Shown here one piece after another: positions 20,880-31,127 of a stretch of 64,000 bases of DNA (within the stretch, counting starts at the first letter, position 1; each line of letters starts with the position of its first letter). The notes under the pieces are model-generated. The model was not told the DNA's origin. It worked only from the letters and a program-made list of their open reading frames with translations, and ran no database searches. Where the stretch lies: the NCBI GenBank assembly GCA_965223005.1, contig CBDCVK010000002.1, forward strand, positions 320,001 through 384,000, given 5' to 3'. This DNA comes from Terriglobia bacterium. GTDB lineage: Bacteria > Acidobacteriota > Terriglobia > JAJPHL01 > JAPKYU01. Made by a program: the position numbers and the translations under genes.

Positions 20880-21862
20880 TTCCCGGCCTGGGAGGCTTCG
20901 GTCAACAAAGCTGCCAGGAGCGGAACCATGATTTCGTGATGGCCGGTGAGAGCCCAGCCCTTGCCGCCCGCGGCCGTGGGCCGCCGCACCACATTCTGCA
21001 TCGGGCGGTAGTGCTGAAAGAAATCGAGGTTGGCCGTGTAAAACTGGTGGAGCGAGTGGCCCAGGTTGTGGACCACCGTGACCGCCTTCAGGAACACTTC
21101 CGGCAACATGACGGCGGAGCCGACATTCAGGTAAACGCCGCCGCCCTCCAACTTGCGGACCAGCTCACAAAGAAGGCGGAAGTCGTGATGAGTGGCGGCG
21201 CCTTGGGCAGCCGGGTCCAGGCATGGATGCATGTGCGGCGTATCGGCCCCGAGCGCCACGTGGACGGTAACCGGCACGCGCGCCCGGGAGGCGCCCGCCA
21301 ACAGACTCACGTCCAGCCGGCTGTTGCCCGAGGAACCAGGTGCGGTCGCCAGTGACAGAATCTCCCGGCCCAGCCCTTCGCCCAGGCCGATCTGCTCGCG
21401 CGCCGCCGTCTCGGCTGCCGATTGCAGCAACCTCGCGGTTTCTTCCGCCATTCCAAAGGACCCATCGTCGAGCACCGCTTCGACTTCCTCGGAAGTGCTG
21501 CCGCAAAGGGCGATCTCCACGTCGTGGATGGCGGCTGAGCCATTCATGGCCATTCCGCTCACAAATCCCTGGCGCATCAATCCCAGCAGTACCGGTGCCA
21601 GCCCGCACTTGACCACGTGGCCTCCCAGGCCCCAGATAATCGGCTTGCCAAGCCGCCGGGCTTCCATCATGGCCTGGACTAATTCCACCAGCGAATTGGC
21701 CGCCAAGATCATGGGCAAGGAATCCAACCAGCCCTGAAATCCATGGCCGGGCCGGTATTCCTGGGCAAAATCCTCCGCTGACACCTTGGCGGCGCGGTTG
21801 GTCAGAGAGACCGTTTGGATGCCGGACAGCTCGATGGGTTTGTCGTCGTAGTTGCTGGACAT
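20876..21862 (-). CDS. Deoxyhypusine-synthase-like (DHS-like fold) protein of unknown function
   Basis: IIWGLGGHVVKCGLAPVLLGLMRQGFVSGMAMNGSAAIHD resembles the DHS N-terminal NAD-binding segment. YLNVGSAVMLPE and the terminal GHHEIMVPLLAA parallel DHS secondary elements. The canonical GSxSGA/WGK motif is not evident. Confidence 0.6.
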   Translation of the reverse strand: MSSNYDDKPIELSGIQTVSLTNRAAKVSAEDFAQEYRPGHGFQGWLDSLPMILAANSLVELVQAMMEARRLGKPIIWGLGGHVVKCGLAPVLLGLMRQGFVSGMAMNGSAAIHDVEIALCGSTSEEVEAVLDDGSFGMAEETARLLQSAAETAAREQIGLGEGLGREILSLATAPGSSGNSRLDVSLLAGASRARVPVTVHVALGADTPHMHPCLDPAAQGAATHHDFRLLCELVRKLEGGGVYLNVGSAVMLPEVFLKAVTVVHNLGHSLHQFYTANLDFFQHYRPMQNVVRRPTAAGGKGWALTGHHEIMVPLLAALLTEASQAGK

Positions 21863-21986
21863 GAGCGTGGACACCAGTGTGCCACAAGTTGTGTCAAGAC
21901 AGCATCCTTAGCAAGTTCATGGAAGTCTTTTTCCGGTGTAACGGCTACAGATTGGCCAAGGGGAAGCGTGGCCTCTGCTGGGAGAG

Positions 21987-22547
21987 CTACTGGGCGCGTT
22001 CCTGATAGGTCCCTTCTGCGGTGTTCACGCGGACCCTGTCCCCGGTGTTGACGAACGGGGGAACCTGCACGACGAGTCCAGTCTCCAACTTGGCGGGCTT
22101 CATCATGTTGGAGGCGGTGGCGCCTTTCAGCGACGGCTCCGTCTCCACCACTTCCAGGTCCACGGTGGCCGGCAGTTGGATGCCGACCGGTTTCCCGTCG
22201 TAGAACTCCACAGTGATCTTGATGTTGGGTACCAAGTACTCTGTCGTTTCACCCAGTGTCTCGTTTCTCAGGTGGGTCTGTTCGTAGGTCTCCGTGTTCA
22301 TGAAGTGGTAGTCCTCACCATCCCGGTACAGGTACTCCATCTCCTGCGCGTCCAGGATGGCTCGCTCCACGCGGTCTTCTGAACTGAACCGGTAATCCAC
22401 CATCGCCCCAGAGCGGAGGTTGCGCATGCGAGTCTGTACAAAACCTCGTTTGTTCCCGGGAGTGCGGTGGGAAGCGCTGAAGATGGAGTACAACTCGCCC
22501 TCATGTTTGATGAGGACACCTGGCCGCAACTGGGTTGCCTGAAGCAT
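21987..22547 (-). CDS. efp: Elongation factor P
   Basis: HRTPGNKRGFVQ loop, YLYRDG..HFMNTETYEQ, KPAKLETGLVVQVPPFV..GD. Confidence 0.96.
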   Translation of the reverse strand: MLQATQLRPGVLIKHEGELYSIFSASHRTPGNKRGFVQTRMRNLRSGAMVDYRFSSEDRVERAILDAQEMEYLYRDGEDYHFMNTETYEQTHLRNETLGETTEYLVPNIKITVEFYDGKPVGIQLPATVDLEVVETEPSLKGATASNMMKPAKLETGLVVQVPPFVNTGDRVRVNTAEGTYQERAQ

Positions 22548-22771
22548 GAACGGTAGAACTCCTCTGGGTTTCCGGGGCTCGACGACCCGCCGATGGCGGG
22601 CCTTGACCTACGCAATTCTTCATTATAGTCGGAAGCCATGCCGGGCGCAACGCAGGCCCGGGAGCAATTCCGCGGCTCTGCCGGGACGGATCGTTTTGCG
22701 AGCGGAACTCGCGTCGCTCGCACGGGCTGGCCATCAGGGCACTTAAGATAAGGAGGGCAGGGAAGCCGAGG

Positions 22772-23446
22772 CTAGCGGAGGCGGTCGGTCGGTTCTGAGT
22801 CGGGACTTTGCAGTCGCGAGGAGCGCGAGGAGAAAAGAAACGACAGGTGGTCCAGCCGTGCGGAAAACTCCAGAAATTCGGCTTGCTTCTCGCGTGTGGG
22901 GAAGAATACGGTGCCTTCGCGGAATTCGCCGGGGGGAACTTCCGTCCGTTGCAGCACCAACGCGGAAACAGTGGCGGCCGCTCGAAACCGCCCGCCGCCT
23001 GAGGCCTGCGCGATCTGTTTCCGCTTCTGGTAGTAGCCGACCGCCTGGGGGTTCTTAAACCCGTAGAGGTTGCGTTCATAGGCGCGCACCAGCGACAGGA
23101 CATCGTCATAGCGCGCCCGCCGCATCACTTCCCTCACCACCCGGTCCTCCGGCAGCCCGACAACCTTGACCGGCTGTGGCACCATGGGACTGCGTGTCTT
23201 CGTGGTGAAGGCCTGTGGCCCGACCTGGATGGGGCATGACGAACCGTTCGTGATCCACACATGGGCGGCCGAATATCCCAGGATGGTGAGTTCCAGAGGT
23301 GCGACCATCACGGTCACCCCTCCTTTGCTCAGCACCGAGTAGTTCAGCCCGCGGTAAGGGACTTCAATTGTCCGAGCGGGCGTCTGGGCTTGCGCGCAGA
23401 CCACAAGCAGCGCTTCGAGACCGATCGCGCACCATGCCAACCGCAT
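22772..23446 (-). CDS. Hypothetical exported protein
   Basis: Signal-peptide-like N-terminus MRLAWCAIGLEALLVVCAQA; VPPGEFREGTVFF-type beta-sandwich C-terminus. Confidence 0.6.
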   Translation of the reverse strand: MRLAWCAIGLEALLVVCAQAQTPARTIEVPYRGLNYSVLSKGGVTVMVAPLELTILGYSAAHVWITNGSSCPIQVGPQAFTTKTRSPMVPQPVKVVGLPEDRVVREVMRRARYDDVLSLVRAYERNLYGFKNPQAVGYYQKRKQIAQASGGGRFRAAATVSALVLQRTEVPPGEFREGTVFFPTREKQAEFLEFSARLDHLSFLFSSRSSRLQSPDSEPTDRLR

Positions 23447-23479
23447 CGGAGAACTCGCGTTCTGTCTCAAGTATAACGG

Positions 23480-23965
23480 CTAGGGAGCCGAATGGGCGGC
23501 GGCAAGTTCTGGCACCAGCGCCCATTCCAGTTCCCAGGCGTCAGAATGCTGCCGGGCCAGGCAGACTACGCCCCCCATCCGGAAGCGCACGACCGGCCGC
23601 TCAGTAGTGCCTGTCAGCAAGTGCGCCGCCAGGCGGCTCAGATGGGGTAGATGTCCCACCAGCATCAGGTCACCCGAGCTGCCGGCGACCAATTCCAGGG
23701 CTGCTCCGGGAGGGTCATTGGGTGCCAGTCCGCCAACGGCCTCCGGCGTGGCAGTCAAACCGAGGCAAGAACACAGAATTTCGGCAGTCTGCGCCGCCCG
23801 CAGCTTGCCGCTGTGCCGGATGGGCAGGCCGCCTGGCAACAAGCCGGTTTTCACCAGATGCCTGCCGACGGTTCCTACGGTCTTGCGTCCTGCTTCGGAA
23901 AGCGGCCGCTCCGGGTCCTCGGATTCCGACTTGCTCTCGCCGTGCTGGACCAAGTACAGCTTCAT
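23480..23965 (-). CDS. sixA: Phosphohistidine phosphatase SixA
   Basis: LYLVQHGES (QHG variant of RHG), RPLS, HSGKLRAAQTAE, LVGHLP. Confidence 0.88.
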   Translation of the reverse strand: MKLYLVQHGESKSESEDPERPLSEAGRKTVGTVGRHLVKTGLLPGGLPIRHSGKLRAAQTAEILCSCLGLTATPEAVGGLAPNDPPGAALELVAGSSGDLMLVGHLPHLSRLAAHLLTGTTERPVVRFRMGGVVCLARQHSDAWELEWALVPELAAAHSAP

Positions 23966-24051
23966 CGGAACTACCTTTCTTGGACTGGCCGAGCGGCCAG
24001 TCCGAATTACTCTTTGCGCTGCTGTTTCACAACGAGGCCCACGGAGACCGC

Positions 24052-25380
24052 CTACGCCAGCAGCAAGAGCACGAGCGAAGACAGCACCGTACTCAGCAGG
24101 AAGGTCATCACGCAGTAACCCATGATGTCGCGGATGCCCAGCCCGGCGATGGCCAGGACGGGCAGCGCAAAGAAGGGTTGCAGCATGTTGCCGGTTTGGT
24201 CGCCAAAAGCAACGGCCATGGCGGTGACCGATGGCGCGACGCCGAGCTCAATACTGGGCGGGATCATGAACGGCCCCTGCACCGCCCATTGCCCTCCTCC
24301 GGAAGGAATGAACACGGTGATCACCGTCGCGGAGAAGAAGCTCCACAGAGGCAAGGTGCGCGGGGTGGAAACCGCGACGACTCCGCTGGAAATCCAGTCG
24401 GCCAATCCGGCTCCCATCAGACCCATAATGCCACCGTAGAGAGGGTACTGGAGCGCCAAGGGGCCGGCCACGTGGGCGGATTGATAGAAGGCACGAGCAT
24501 AGGCGATCGGACGAACGTGAAAGATCAGACCCGCTACCAGGAACCCCAGGATGAGCACGTCAAAGTTAATGGAGAAGCCATTGCGGTAGAAATGACGGGC
24601 CAGGTATGCTGCGCCCATCGCCGCCAGCAGCAGGCCTAACACCGGACTGTTTTCCAGCCGCGCTGCGGGAGTGCGTTCCGGCGTCGCCGGCGGCTCCTCC
24701 GGGTCGGGCAGCAGGTTGGGGTCGGCGGGCCGCGTCTGTTCCGGCGTCGGCATCATGGCCCAGAACAGCAGCGGCAAGAGCACCAGCGTGGCGGCCACCA
24801 GGGCCAAGTTGTAGGGTGCCAGCAGAGTCTCGCTCACCGGCGTCACAGCGCGTCCGGTATAGGTGGCAATGACGTTCATCGGACTGCCTTCGGTGGCCGA
24901 AACCAGGGCGATCGAACTGGATAGCCCCGAACCCCAGACCACGAAACCGGAGTAGGCGCACGCAACCAGGAAGGCGAAGTCCACCCGAACCCGGCGCCCC
25001 ACTTCCCGCGCCACCAACGCACCGACCACCAGACCGAATCCCCAGTTCAACAGCGAACTGAACGTGGCCACCAGCACCACCAGGATCGCAGCGCTGGCCG
25101 GCCTGCGAGGGCGAGACGCCACCCAACCCAACAAACGTCGCACCGGGGTCGACTTGGCCAGCGTGTAGCCGGTCAGCAGGGTCAGGATCATCTGCATGGC
25201 AAACGTCAGGATTTTCCACAGCCCCGCATACCAGAATCCCAACAGGTCCATGGGTCCGTGCGGAGTCACGGCCAGGGCCAGACCGAAGGTCACAAACGTC
25301 AGCAACAACGCCAGCAAGAATGGGTCCGGCATGTAGCGTTGTGCCAGCCCGACGAAGAAGGCAGCCAGTCGGCGAAGCAT
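24052..25380 (-). CDS. atoE: Short-chain fatty acid transporter (AtoE family)
   Basis: YMPDPF, FAMQM, NWGFGLV, GLSSSIAL, PSGGGQWAVQGP, NMLQPF..LPVLAIAGL..RDIMGYC. Confidence 0.9.
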   Translation of the reverse strand: MLRRLAAFFVGLAQRYMPDPFLLALLLTFVTFGLALAVTPHGPMDLLGFWYAGLWKILTFAMQMILTLLTGYTLAKSTPVRRLLGWVASRPRRPASAAILVVLVATFSSLLNWGFGLVVGALVAREVGRRVRVDFAFLVACAYSGFVVWGSGLSSSIALVSATEGSPMNVIATYTGRAVTPVSETLLAPYNLALVAATLVLLPLLFWAMMPTPEQTRPADPNLLPDPEEPPATPERTPAARLENSPVLGLLLAAMGAAYLARHFYRNGFSINFDVLILGFLVAGLIFHVRPIAYARAFYQSAHVAGPLALQYPLYGGIMGLMGAGLADWISSGVVAVSTPRTLPLWSFFSATVITVFIPSGGGQWAVQGPFMIPPSIELGVAPSVTAMAVAFGDQTGNMLQPFFALPVLAIAGLGIRDIMGYCVMTFLLSTVLSSLVLLLLA

Positions 25381-25537
25381 AGGCGGCGGTCTTAGCTCTC
25401 AGGTGTCAGGTTGCGGTCGCGAGCCTCACGACCAAAGTCTCAAGCCTAAAGGCTCACGCCTCCAGGCTCAAGCCCCATGTGCACCCACAACCGGCACCTG
25501 TTATAGTGGCCTGCCCAATCTTCCAAGGAGACTGCCC

Positions 25538-26524
25538 ATGCACGAGTTCAACGCCGCGTTGCTGATTGCGTCGTTATTGCTGTTTTCGACCCTGGCCGGC
25601 GCCGCGCCAGAAGTGAAGATTGAGAAAGCGCCTTACAAAGGCTGGTCGAACTGCTACCGGATGACCAACGGTCAGATCGAGCTGATTCTGACGGCCGATG
25701 TGGGACCGCGGATTATCCGGTTTGGTTTCGTCGGCGAGGAGAACGAGTTCAAGGAATATGCGGACCAGGTGGGTAAAACCGGCGGCAGCGAGTGGCGAAT
25801 CTACGGCGGGCACAGGCTCTGGCACGCTCCCGAGCTGCGGCCTCGCAGTTACGCACCGGATAATTCGCCCATTGAGGTGCGCGCTGGGGACGGACGGCTG
25901 CACGCGATCCAGCCGGTGGAGGAGACCACGGGTATCCAAAAGGAGATCGAGATCCGGATGGCAGCCGATGCCCCGCGGGTCGAGGTAATTCACAGGCTCC
26001 GCAACAAGAACGCCTGGGCAATAGAAATAGCGCCCTGGTCGATCAGCGTGCTGGCACAGGGAGGCCGGGTCATCGTCCCGATGCCGCCGCGCGCCAAGCA
26101 CACCGAGATGGTGGTACCAACGCACCCGCTGGTGTTGTGGGCCTATACCGATTTTCGCGATCCACGCTGGACCCTGGGCTTCAAGTACATCACCCTGCAG
26201 CAGGACCCTGGGGGCGTTCCGCAGAAGGCGGGCGCCACGGTCCCGGATGGCTGGTCAGCCTATCTGCGCAACGGACACCTGTTCGTAAAGAAGTTTGATT
26301 TTGTTAAAGAGGGCACTTATCCCGATTTTGGCAGCTCGGTGGAGATCTTCACCAACGCCGACATGCTTGAACTGGAGACTCTGAGCCCCCTGGGCACACT
26401 CGCCCCGGGAGCTACCGTGGAACACACCGAGCGTTGGTCGCTGCACAAGGGGGTAGCACTGGAAAGCTGGGACGAGGAGGCCATTGACCGGGTGGTGCTG
26501 CCCCGCATCGCTGATTCCCGTTAA
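25538..26524 (+). CDS. Exported hypothetical protein, galactose-mutarotase-like beta-sandwich family
   Basis: Signal peptide from ATG 25538; DVGPRII, GGHRLWHAPE, YPDFG, ELETLSPL. Confidence 0.7.
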   Translation: MHEFNAALLIASLLLFSTLAGAAPEVKIEKAPYKGWSNCYRMTNGQIELILTADVGPRIIRFGFVGEENEFKEYADQVGKTGGSEWRIYGGHRLWHAPELRPRSYAPDNSPIEVRAGDGRLHAIQPVEETTGIQKEIEIRMAADAPRVEVIHRLRNKNAWAIEIAPWSISVLAQGGRVIVPMPPRAKHTEMVVPTHPLVLWAYTDFRDPRWTLGFKYITLQQDPGGVPQKAGATVPDGWSAYLRNGHLFVKKFDFVKEGTYPDFGSSVEIFTNADMLELETLSPLGTLAPGATVEHTERWSLHKGVALESWDEEAIDRVVLPRIADSR

Positions 26525-26596
26525 CGCTCCTGCTCCGTAGGAGCAACGCCGCTCGGTGCCGTCTCCGCGAGAACCGGACAAACCACCTCCGTGGGT

Positions 26597-29119
26597 TTAC
26601 ACGCGTAGTTCCACGATGGTGGCGCCCGTGCCGCCCTCCTGCTGCGGCGCCGGGTAAAAGCGCTCTACCTGGGGGTGGATGCCGAAAAACTCGTGCAGGG
26701 TCTTGCGTAGCACACCCATCCCGTGGCCGTGGATGACGCGCACCTTTGGCATGGCGGCCAGGACAGCCGAGTCCAGGAACTTGTCCACCCGCTCGCGAGC
26801 TTCCTCCGCGGTGCTGCCGATCACGTTGATCTCGGAAGAGGAAACGTCGGTGCGGGCCTCCAGGTGGACGGTGACGTTTTCGGGGACCTGGCTCGATTGA
26901 GGTTCGGCGACCGCCTCGATCTGATCCAGGGAGACCTTCATTTTCATGGCGCCAACCTCTACCTCCAGGTGGTTCCAGTCCAGGCGCCGCCGCACCACTC
27001 CCTGACGTCCCAAAGCCCGGACACGAACCCTGTCGCCCTCGCGGAGGGCAAGCAGCGGGCGGGGCGCTTTCTCGGTTCTGGCCTGTGCTTCCTCCGCCGT
27101 ACCCCCTAACTGCTGCACCACTGCCGTGTCGAACTCCTCTCGCAGTTGGCTCCGGGCACGGGCGACGCGGCGCTCGGCCTGCTTTTGCAGGCGCCGGTCG
27201 TCAATCTGCTGCAGCACGGCGCGCGCCTGCTGGTCAAACTCGCCCAGCAGCGACTCCACCCGCTGCTCCATGTCATCCAGTCGGCGCCTTTCGCGCTTTT
27301 CCCACTGGGCGGCCACCTGTGCAGTGCGCTCCCGCAGTTGCCGCTCTCGCGCCGCCACCTCTGCCCGGAGCCGCTCTGCTTCCTCGGTGCTCTGGTGGAG
27401 TTCGGTTAGCAGGCGCGACACCTCCTCGTCCTGCGTGCTGAGCGCCTGACGCGCCCGGGCCAGAATCTCCCGCTGCAAACCCAACCGCTGGGCAATCGCA
27501 ATCCCGCTGGATTTTCCAGGGATTCCGATATTCAGCCGGTAAGTGGGTCGCAGTGTGCGCTCATCGAATCCCACCGACGCGCTGAGCACTCCGGAGGTGT
27601 TGGTGGCGTACGCTTTCAGAGCCAGGTGGTGGGTAGATGCCAGCACCAGGGCGCCGGACCGCAGGAAGTAATCCGCAATCGCCACTGCCAGTGCGCCGCC
27701 CTCTTGTGGATCGGTGGCGGCGCCGAGCTCGTCCAGCAAGACCAGGGTGCGCTCGCTGGGTGTTCCCGGCGGTGTCTGCTCAACCATCCGCTGGATGTTG
27801 GTGAGGTGAGCGGAAAACGTGCTGAGGCTCTCCTGGATGGATTGGTAGTCGCCGATGTCGGCCAACACCTGCTCCAGCAGGGGCAAGTCAGCCTCGGCGG
27901 CCGGCACCGGGATGCCGGCCTGCGCAGCCAGCACCAGCAGCCCCAAGGTTTTTAGCGCCACGGTCTTGCCGCCGGCATTGGGGCCGCTGATGACCATCAC
28001 GCGATGTTCCCGGTCCAGCTCAAGGGACAGCGGGACGATGCCGGAGGGCGCGGTGGAGGGTCGCCCGGGCGCCCCTGTCGGCGTGCCGGGGCGAGCTTGC
28101 GCACGACTGCGACGGCGCAGCACTTCCTGAAGCAGCGGATGGCGCGCCTCACGCAAGCAGAGGCGCGGCTCGGTGTTGAAGCGCGGCGTCACGCAGGCGA
28201 ACTCGACGGCATAACGTCCCTTGGCGAAAGCGACATCCAGTTCCGTGATGATTTCCAGCGCCAGTTGCACGCCGCCGGCCTGTTCGCGCAACCGGGCGGT
28301 CATCTCGCGCAGGATGCGGTGCACCTCCTGCAACTCCTCTTCGACCAGCGCCACCAGTTCGTTGTTGAGCTCGATAGTCTGCATCGGCTCCACGAACAGG
28401 GTCTGGCCGCTGGAACTGGACCCATGCACCACGCCGTCCAGCCGCCGCCGGGCGCCCACCTTCACGGGCACCACAAAACGCTCGTTGCGGATGGTGACCA
28501 GCTCCTCTTGCAGGATGTCTTCTTCCGCGTGCCGCCGCAGGAACGAGTTCAGTGACTCCTGCACAGCTCTTTTCTGCTTTTCGATTTCCCGGCGAAGTCG
28601 CCACAATTCCAGCGAGGCGTGGTCCTCCAGGGTGCCGTCTGGCCGAATTTTGCCGCTGAGTTCGCGCAGGAGGCGGCGAAATTCGCCAATGCCGGCGGCC
28701 AGCTCGGCCAACACCGGGAAGCGATCGCGACGGGCCGTCAAAACGTGTTTGCAGTCGCCGGCGCGGTCCAGCAGCTGCAGCACGGCGGAGATTTCCGAGG
28801 GCTCCAGTTCAGCGCCCTCCATACGCAGGTTGGCCAGCACCGGCTCCAGGTCGCCGATGCCCCCAAAGTCCAGCCGCAGCAGAGGGGCGGATTTGCCGGG
28901 TCCCGACCCACCCTTGCTGGATTCGGCAGGGGCGGGCGGAGCCGCCGCGCGCAGGTATTCGGTTGCCTCCCGCGACCGGTCCAGTTGGACTTCCAACTGT
29001 TCCCGATCGTGATGGGGGCGCAATGCCAGCAGTCGCTTGCGGCCGCCCGGCGTGCGCGCGTAGCGCCCGAGCAGGGCCAGCAGCGCCGGAAATTCCAATA
29101 CTTCCAGATCGGCGCGCAT
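26597..29119 (-). CDS. mutS2: Endonuclease MutS2
   Basis: SSSGQTLFVEP, ISGPNAGGKT Walker A, DIGDYQSIQESLSTFS, LLDELGAATDP, C-terminal Smr domain (IHGHGMGVLR, GGTGAT). Confidence 0.95.
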   Translation of the reverse strand: MRADLEVLEFPALLALLGRYARTPGGRKRLLALRPHHDREQLEVQLDRSREATEYLRAAAPPAPAESSKGGSGPGKSAPLLRLDFGGIGDLEPVLANLRMEGAELEPSEISAVLQLLDRAGDCKHVLTARRDRFPVLAELAAGIGEFRRLLRELSGKIRPDGTLEDHASLELWRLRREIEKQKRAVQESLNSFLRRHAEEDILQEELVTIRNERFVVPVKVGARRRLDGVVHGSSSSGQTLFVEPMQTIELNNELVALVEEELQEVHRILREMTARLREQAGGVQLALEIITELDVAFAKGRYAVEFACVTPRFNTEPRLCLREARHPLLQEVLRRRSRAQARPGTPTGAPGRPSTAPSGIVPLSLELDREHRVMVISGPNAGGKTVALKTLGLLVLAAQAGIPVPAAEADLPLLEQVLADIGDYQSIQESLSTFSAHLTNIQRMVEQTPPGTPSERTLVLLDELGAATDPQEGGALAVAIADYFLRSGALVLASTHHLALKAYATNTSGVLSASVGFDERTLRPTYRLNIGIPGKSSGIAIAQRLGLQREILARARQALSTQDEEVSRLLTELHQSTEEAERLRAEVAARERQLRERTAQVAAQWEKRERRRLDDMEQRVESLLGEFDQQARAVLQQIDDRRLQKQAERRVARARSQLREEFDTAVVQQLGGTAEEAQARTEKAPRPLLALREGDRVRVRALGRQGVVRRRLDWNHLEVEVGAMKMKVSLDQIEAVAEPQSSQVPENVTVHLEARTDVSSSEINVIGSTAEEARERVDKFLDSAVLAAMPKVRVIHGHGMGVLRKTLHEFFGIHPQVERFYPAPQQEGGTGATIVELRV

Positions 29120-29201
29120 CAGAGAATCTCGGATTGGTGCACCGTGTAACTGTGTTTCATCCTCGTTATCACGAATTCGAAATATGCGGTTTGCAATCCA
29201 C

Positions 29202-31127
29202 TCACAAAATAACTCGGTCGTTGCCCACCCGCCGCGTGACTCGTTCGCGGTCCAGATACTCCAGCAAGGGAATGGCGTACTTGCGACTGATGCAGGCCAG
29301 GTCCTTGAAGCTGGACACGTTCAGCCGGTCGCTCCGCGCTTTGTAGTGTGCGAGCTGCGCGCGCAATCGCTCGATGGCGCTGCGGTGAAACACCAGCTCC
29401 TCGCTCACCTTGACCAGCACCAATTCCTTGATCAGGATTCGCAGAATCTTCTGAGCGCGCTGCGACTCGACCGGCAATTTCCCCAGCACTTCTTTGACCG
29501 AGGGCACCGTCAGCCCGGCGTTTCCAAACGCGGCGGTGATCCGCTGCTTCGCCTGCTCTTCTTCCTCGGTGAGGACAATCCGGCGCCCGGCCTGCTTGAC
29601 AATCTCGCCCTGAGCTTCCAGGCGGCCTTCGGCCGCCAGGCGGGCCAGCGCCGCCTCGAAGACCAGCGGCGACAGGCGGCCGAAACTGCGGTCGCGGAGT
29701 TCCTCCTTTGGGATGCCGGGCAGCAGCGGGTTGGCGGCGTGAAATTGCTCGACAAGTGCTGTCGCTTCCGCCAGCAGCCCGCGGAACCGCTTGCCATGTG
29801 CCAGAACCAGCGGCGAGTCCGACAAAATCTCGACTTTCTTCTGCCGGGCCAGCGCGCCTGCCGTTTCGCGCAGCTCGCTTTCCAGCCAGCCGGTGCGAGC
29901 GATCAGTTGCGACGCGGCGACAGCCGGCTCCCCGCGCTGGAGCACCGCCAGTAGGACTTCCTCCCGGGACCCGGTCTCTAGAATCTTCAGGAATTCAGCC
30001 GCGTTTCCTCCCGTGCCTGACCTGGCGCGTCTGGGTGAAGCTTGATTGTCCAGCACGCGCCCGCCGCCGATGGTGATGACCGGCGAGAACTGCCGGATGA
30101 TGAACCGGTCGCCGGGCAGCAGCAACGTCGGTTCTCGCAGAAGGAGTTGGGCGTAGCTGCTGCTGCCCGGCTCCAGCTTTTCCATTCCCGTCCCCAGGCG
30201 CACTTCAGAAACGACCGCTGCTGTCCCACAGTGGAAATGCACGCGGGCGCGGTGTTTCAGAGGCCGGACTGAAGGCAGCAGGTGCAGCAGCGTCTCGATG
30301 CGCTGGGTCGGCTCAAACACGCCTGGCGCCGCCAGGGTCATCCCGCGCTCGAGCTCCGCGAGCTCGATGCCGGCCAGGTTCAACGCGGTGCGCTGTCCAG
30401 CCAGCGCGCGCTCGGCCGGCTGGCCGTGCACCTGGATGCCGCGGACGCGCAGCCGCCGGCGCGTCGGAAACAGTTCCACTTCGTTGTCCTTCGTTAGCGT
30501 GCCGGAGACCAGGGTGCCGGTAACCACCGGGCCAAAGCCCTTCATCACGAAGGAGCGATCAACGGGCAGGCGGAAGTGGCGCGAGGAGTCCTTCGCCGGC
30601 GCCGCCGCGGCCAGGCGGGCCAGTTCCGCCCTCAGCCGGTCGAGGCCTTCGCCGGTGCGCACGCTCACCGGAACAATGGGCGTCCCGGCAAGAAATGAGC
30701 CGCCGACGAACTCCTCCACCTCCAGCCGCACCAACTCAACCAGGTCGCGGTCCACCAGGTCGGTTTTGGTCAGCGCCACCAGGCCACGGCGCACGTCCAG
30801 CAAGCGGCAGATGTCGAAGTGCTCGCGCGTCTGGGGCTTGATGGACTCGTCCGCGGCCACCACGAACAGCACCAAGTCAATGCCGCCGATGCCGGCCAGC
30901 ATGTTCTTCACAAAGCGCTCGTGGCCCGGAACGTCCACGAATGCCAGGCGCAGCACGGGGCGGTCTGCCTGCGCCGGGATCTCCAGGTGCGCGAAGCCCA
31001 GGTCAATGGTGATGCCGCGTCGCTTCTCCTCAGCCAGCCGGTCGGGGTCGGTGCCGGTCAGCGCCTTGACCAGGGCGCTCTTGCCGTGGTCAATGTGCCC
31101 GGCCGTGCCAACAATGACGTGCTTCAT
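29202..31127 (-). CDS. selB: Selenocysteine-specific translation elongation factor
   Basis: GTAGHIDHGKS, RGITIDLGFA, DVPGHERFVKNM, C-terminal winged-helix SRKYAIPLLEYLD. Confidence 0.97.
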   Translation of the reverse strand: MKHVIVGTAGHIDHGKSALVKALTGTDPDRLAEEKRRGITIDLGFAHLEIPAQADRPVLRLAFVDVPGHERFVKNMLAGIGGIDLVLFVVAADESIKPQTREHFDICRLLDVRRGLVALTKTDLVDRDLVELVRLEVEEFVGGSFLAGTPIVPVSVRTGEGLDRLRAELARLAAAAPAKDSSRHFRLPVDRSFVMKGFGPVVTGTLVSGTLTKDNEVELFPTRRRLRVRGIQVHGQPAERALAGQRTALNLAGIELAELERGMTLAAPGVFEPTQRIETLLHLLPSVRPLKHRARVHFHCGTAAVVSEVRLGTGMEKLEPGSSSYAQLLLREPTLLLPGDRFIIRQFSPVITIGGGRVLDNQASPRRARSGTGGNAAEFLKILETGSREEVLLAVLQRGEPAVAASQLIARTGWLESELRETAGALARQKKVEILSDSPLVLAHGKRFRGLLAEATALVEQFHAANPLLPGIPKEELRDRSFGRLSPLVFEAALARLAAEGRLEAQGEIVKQAGRRIVLTEEEEQAKQRITAAFGNAGLTVPSVKEVLGKLPVESQRAQKILRILIKELVLVKVSEELVFHRSAIERLRAQLAHYKARSDRLNVSSFKDLACISRKYAIPLLEYLDRERVTRRVGNDRVIL

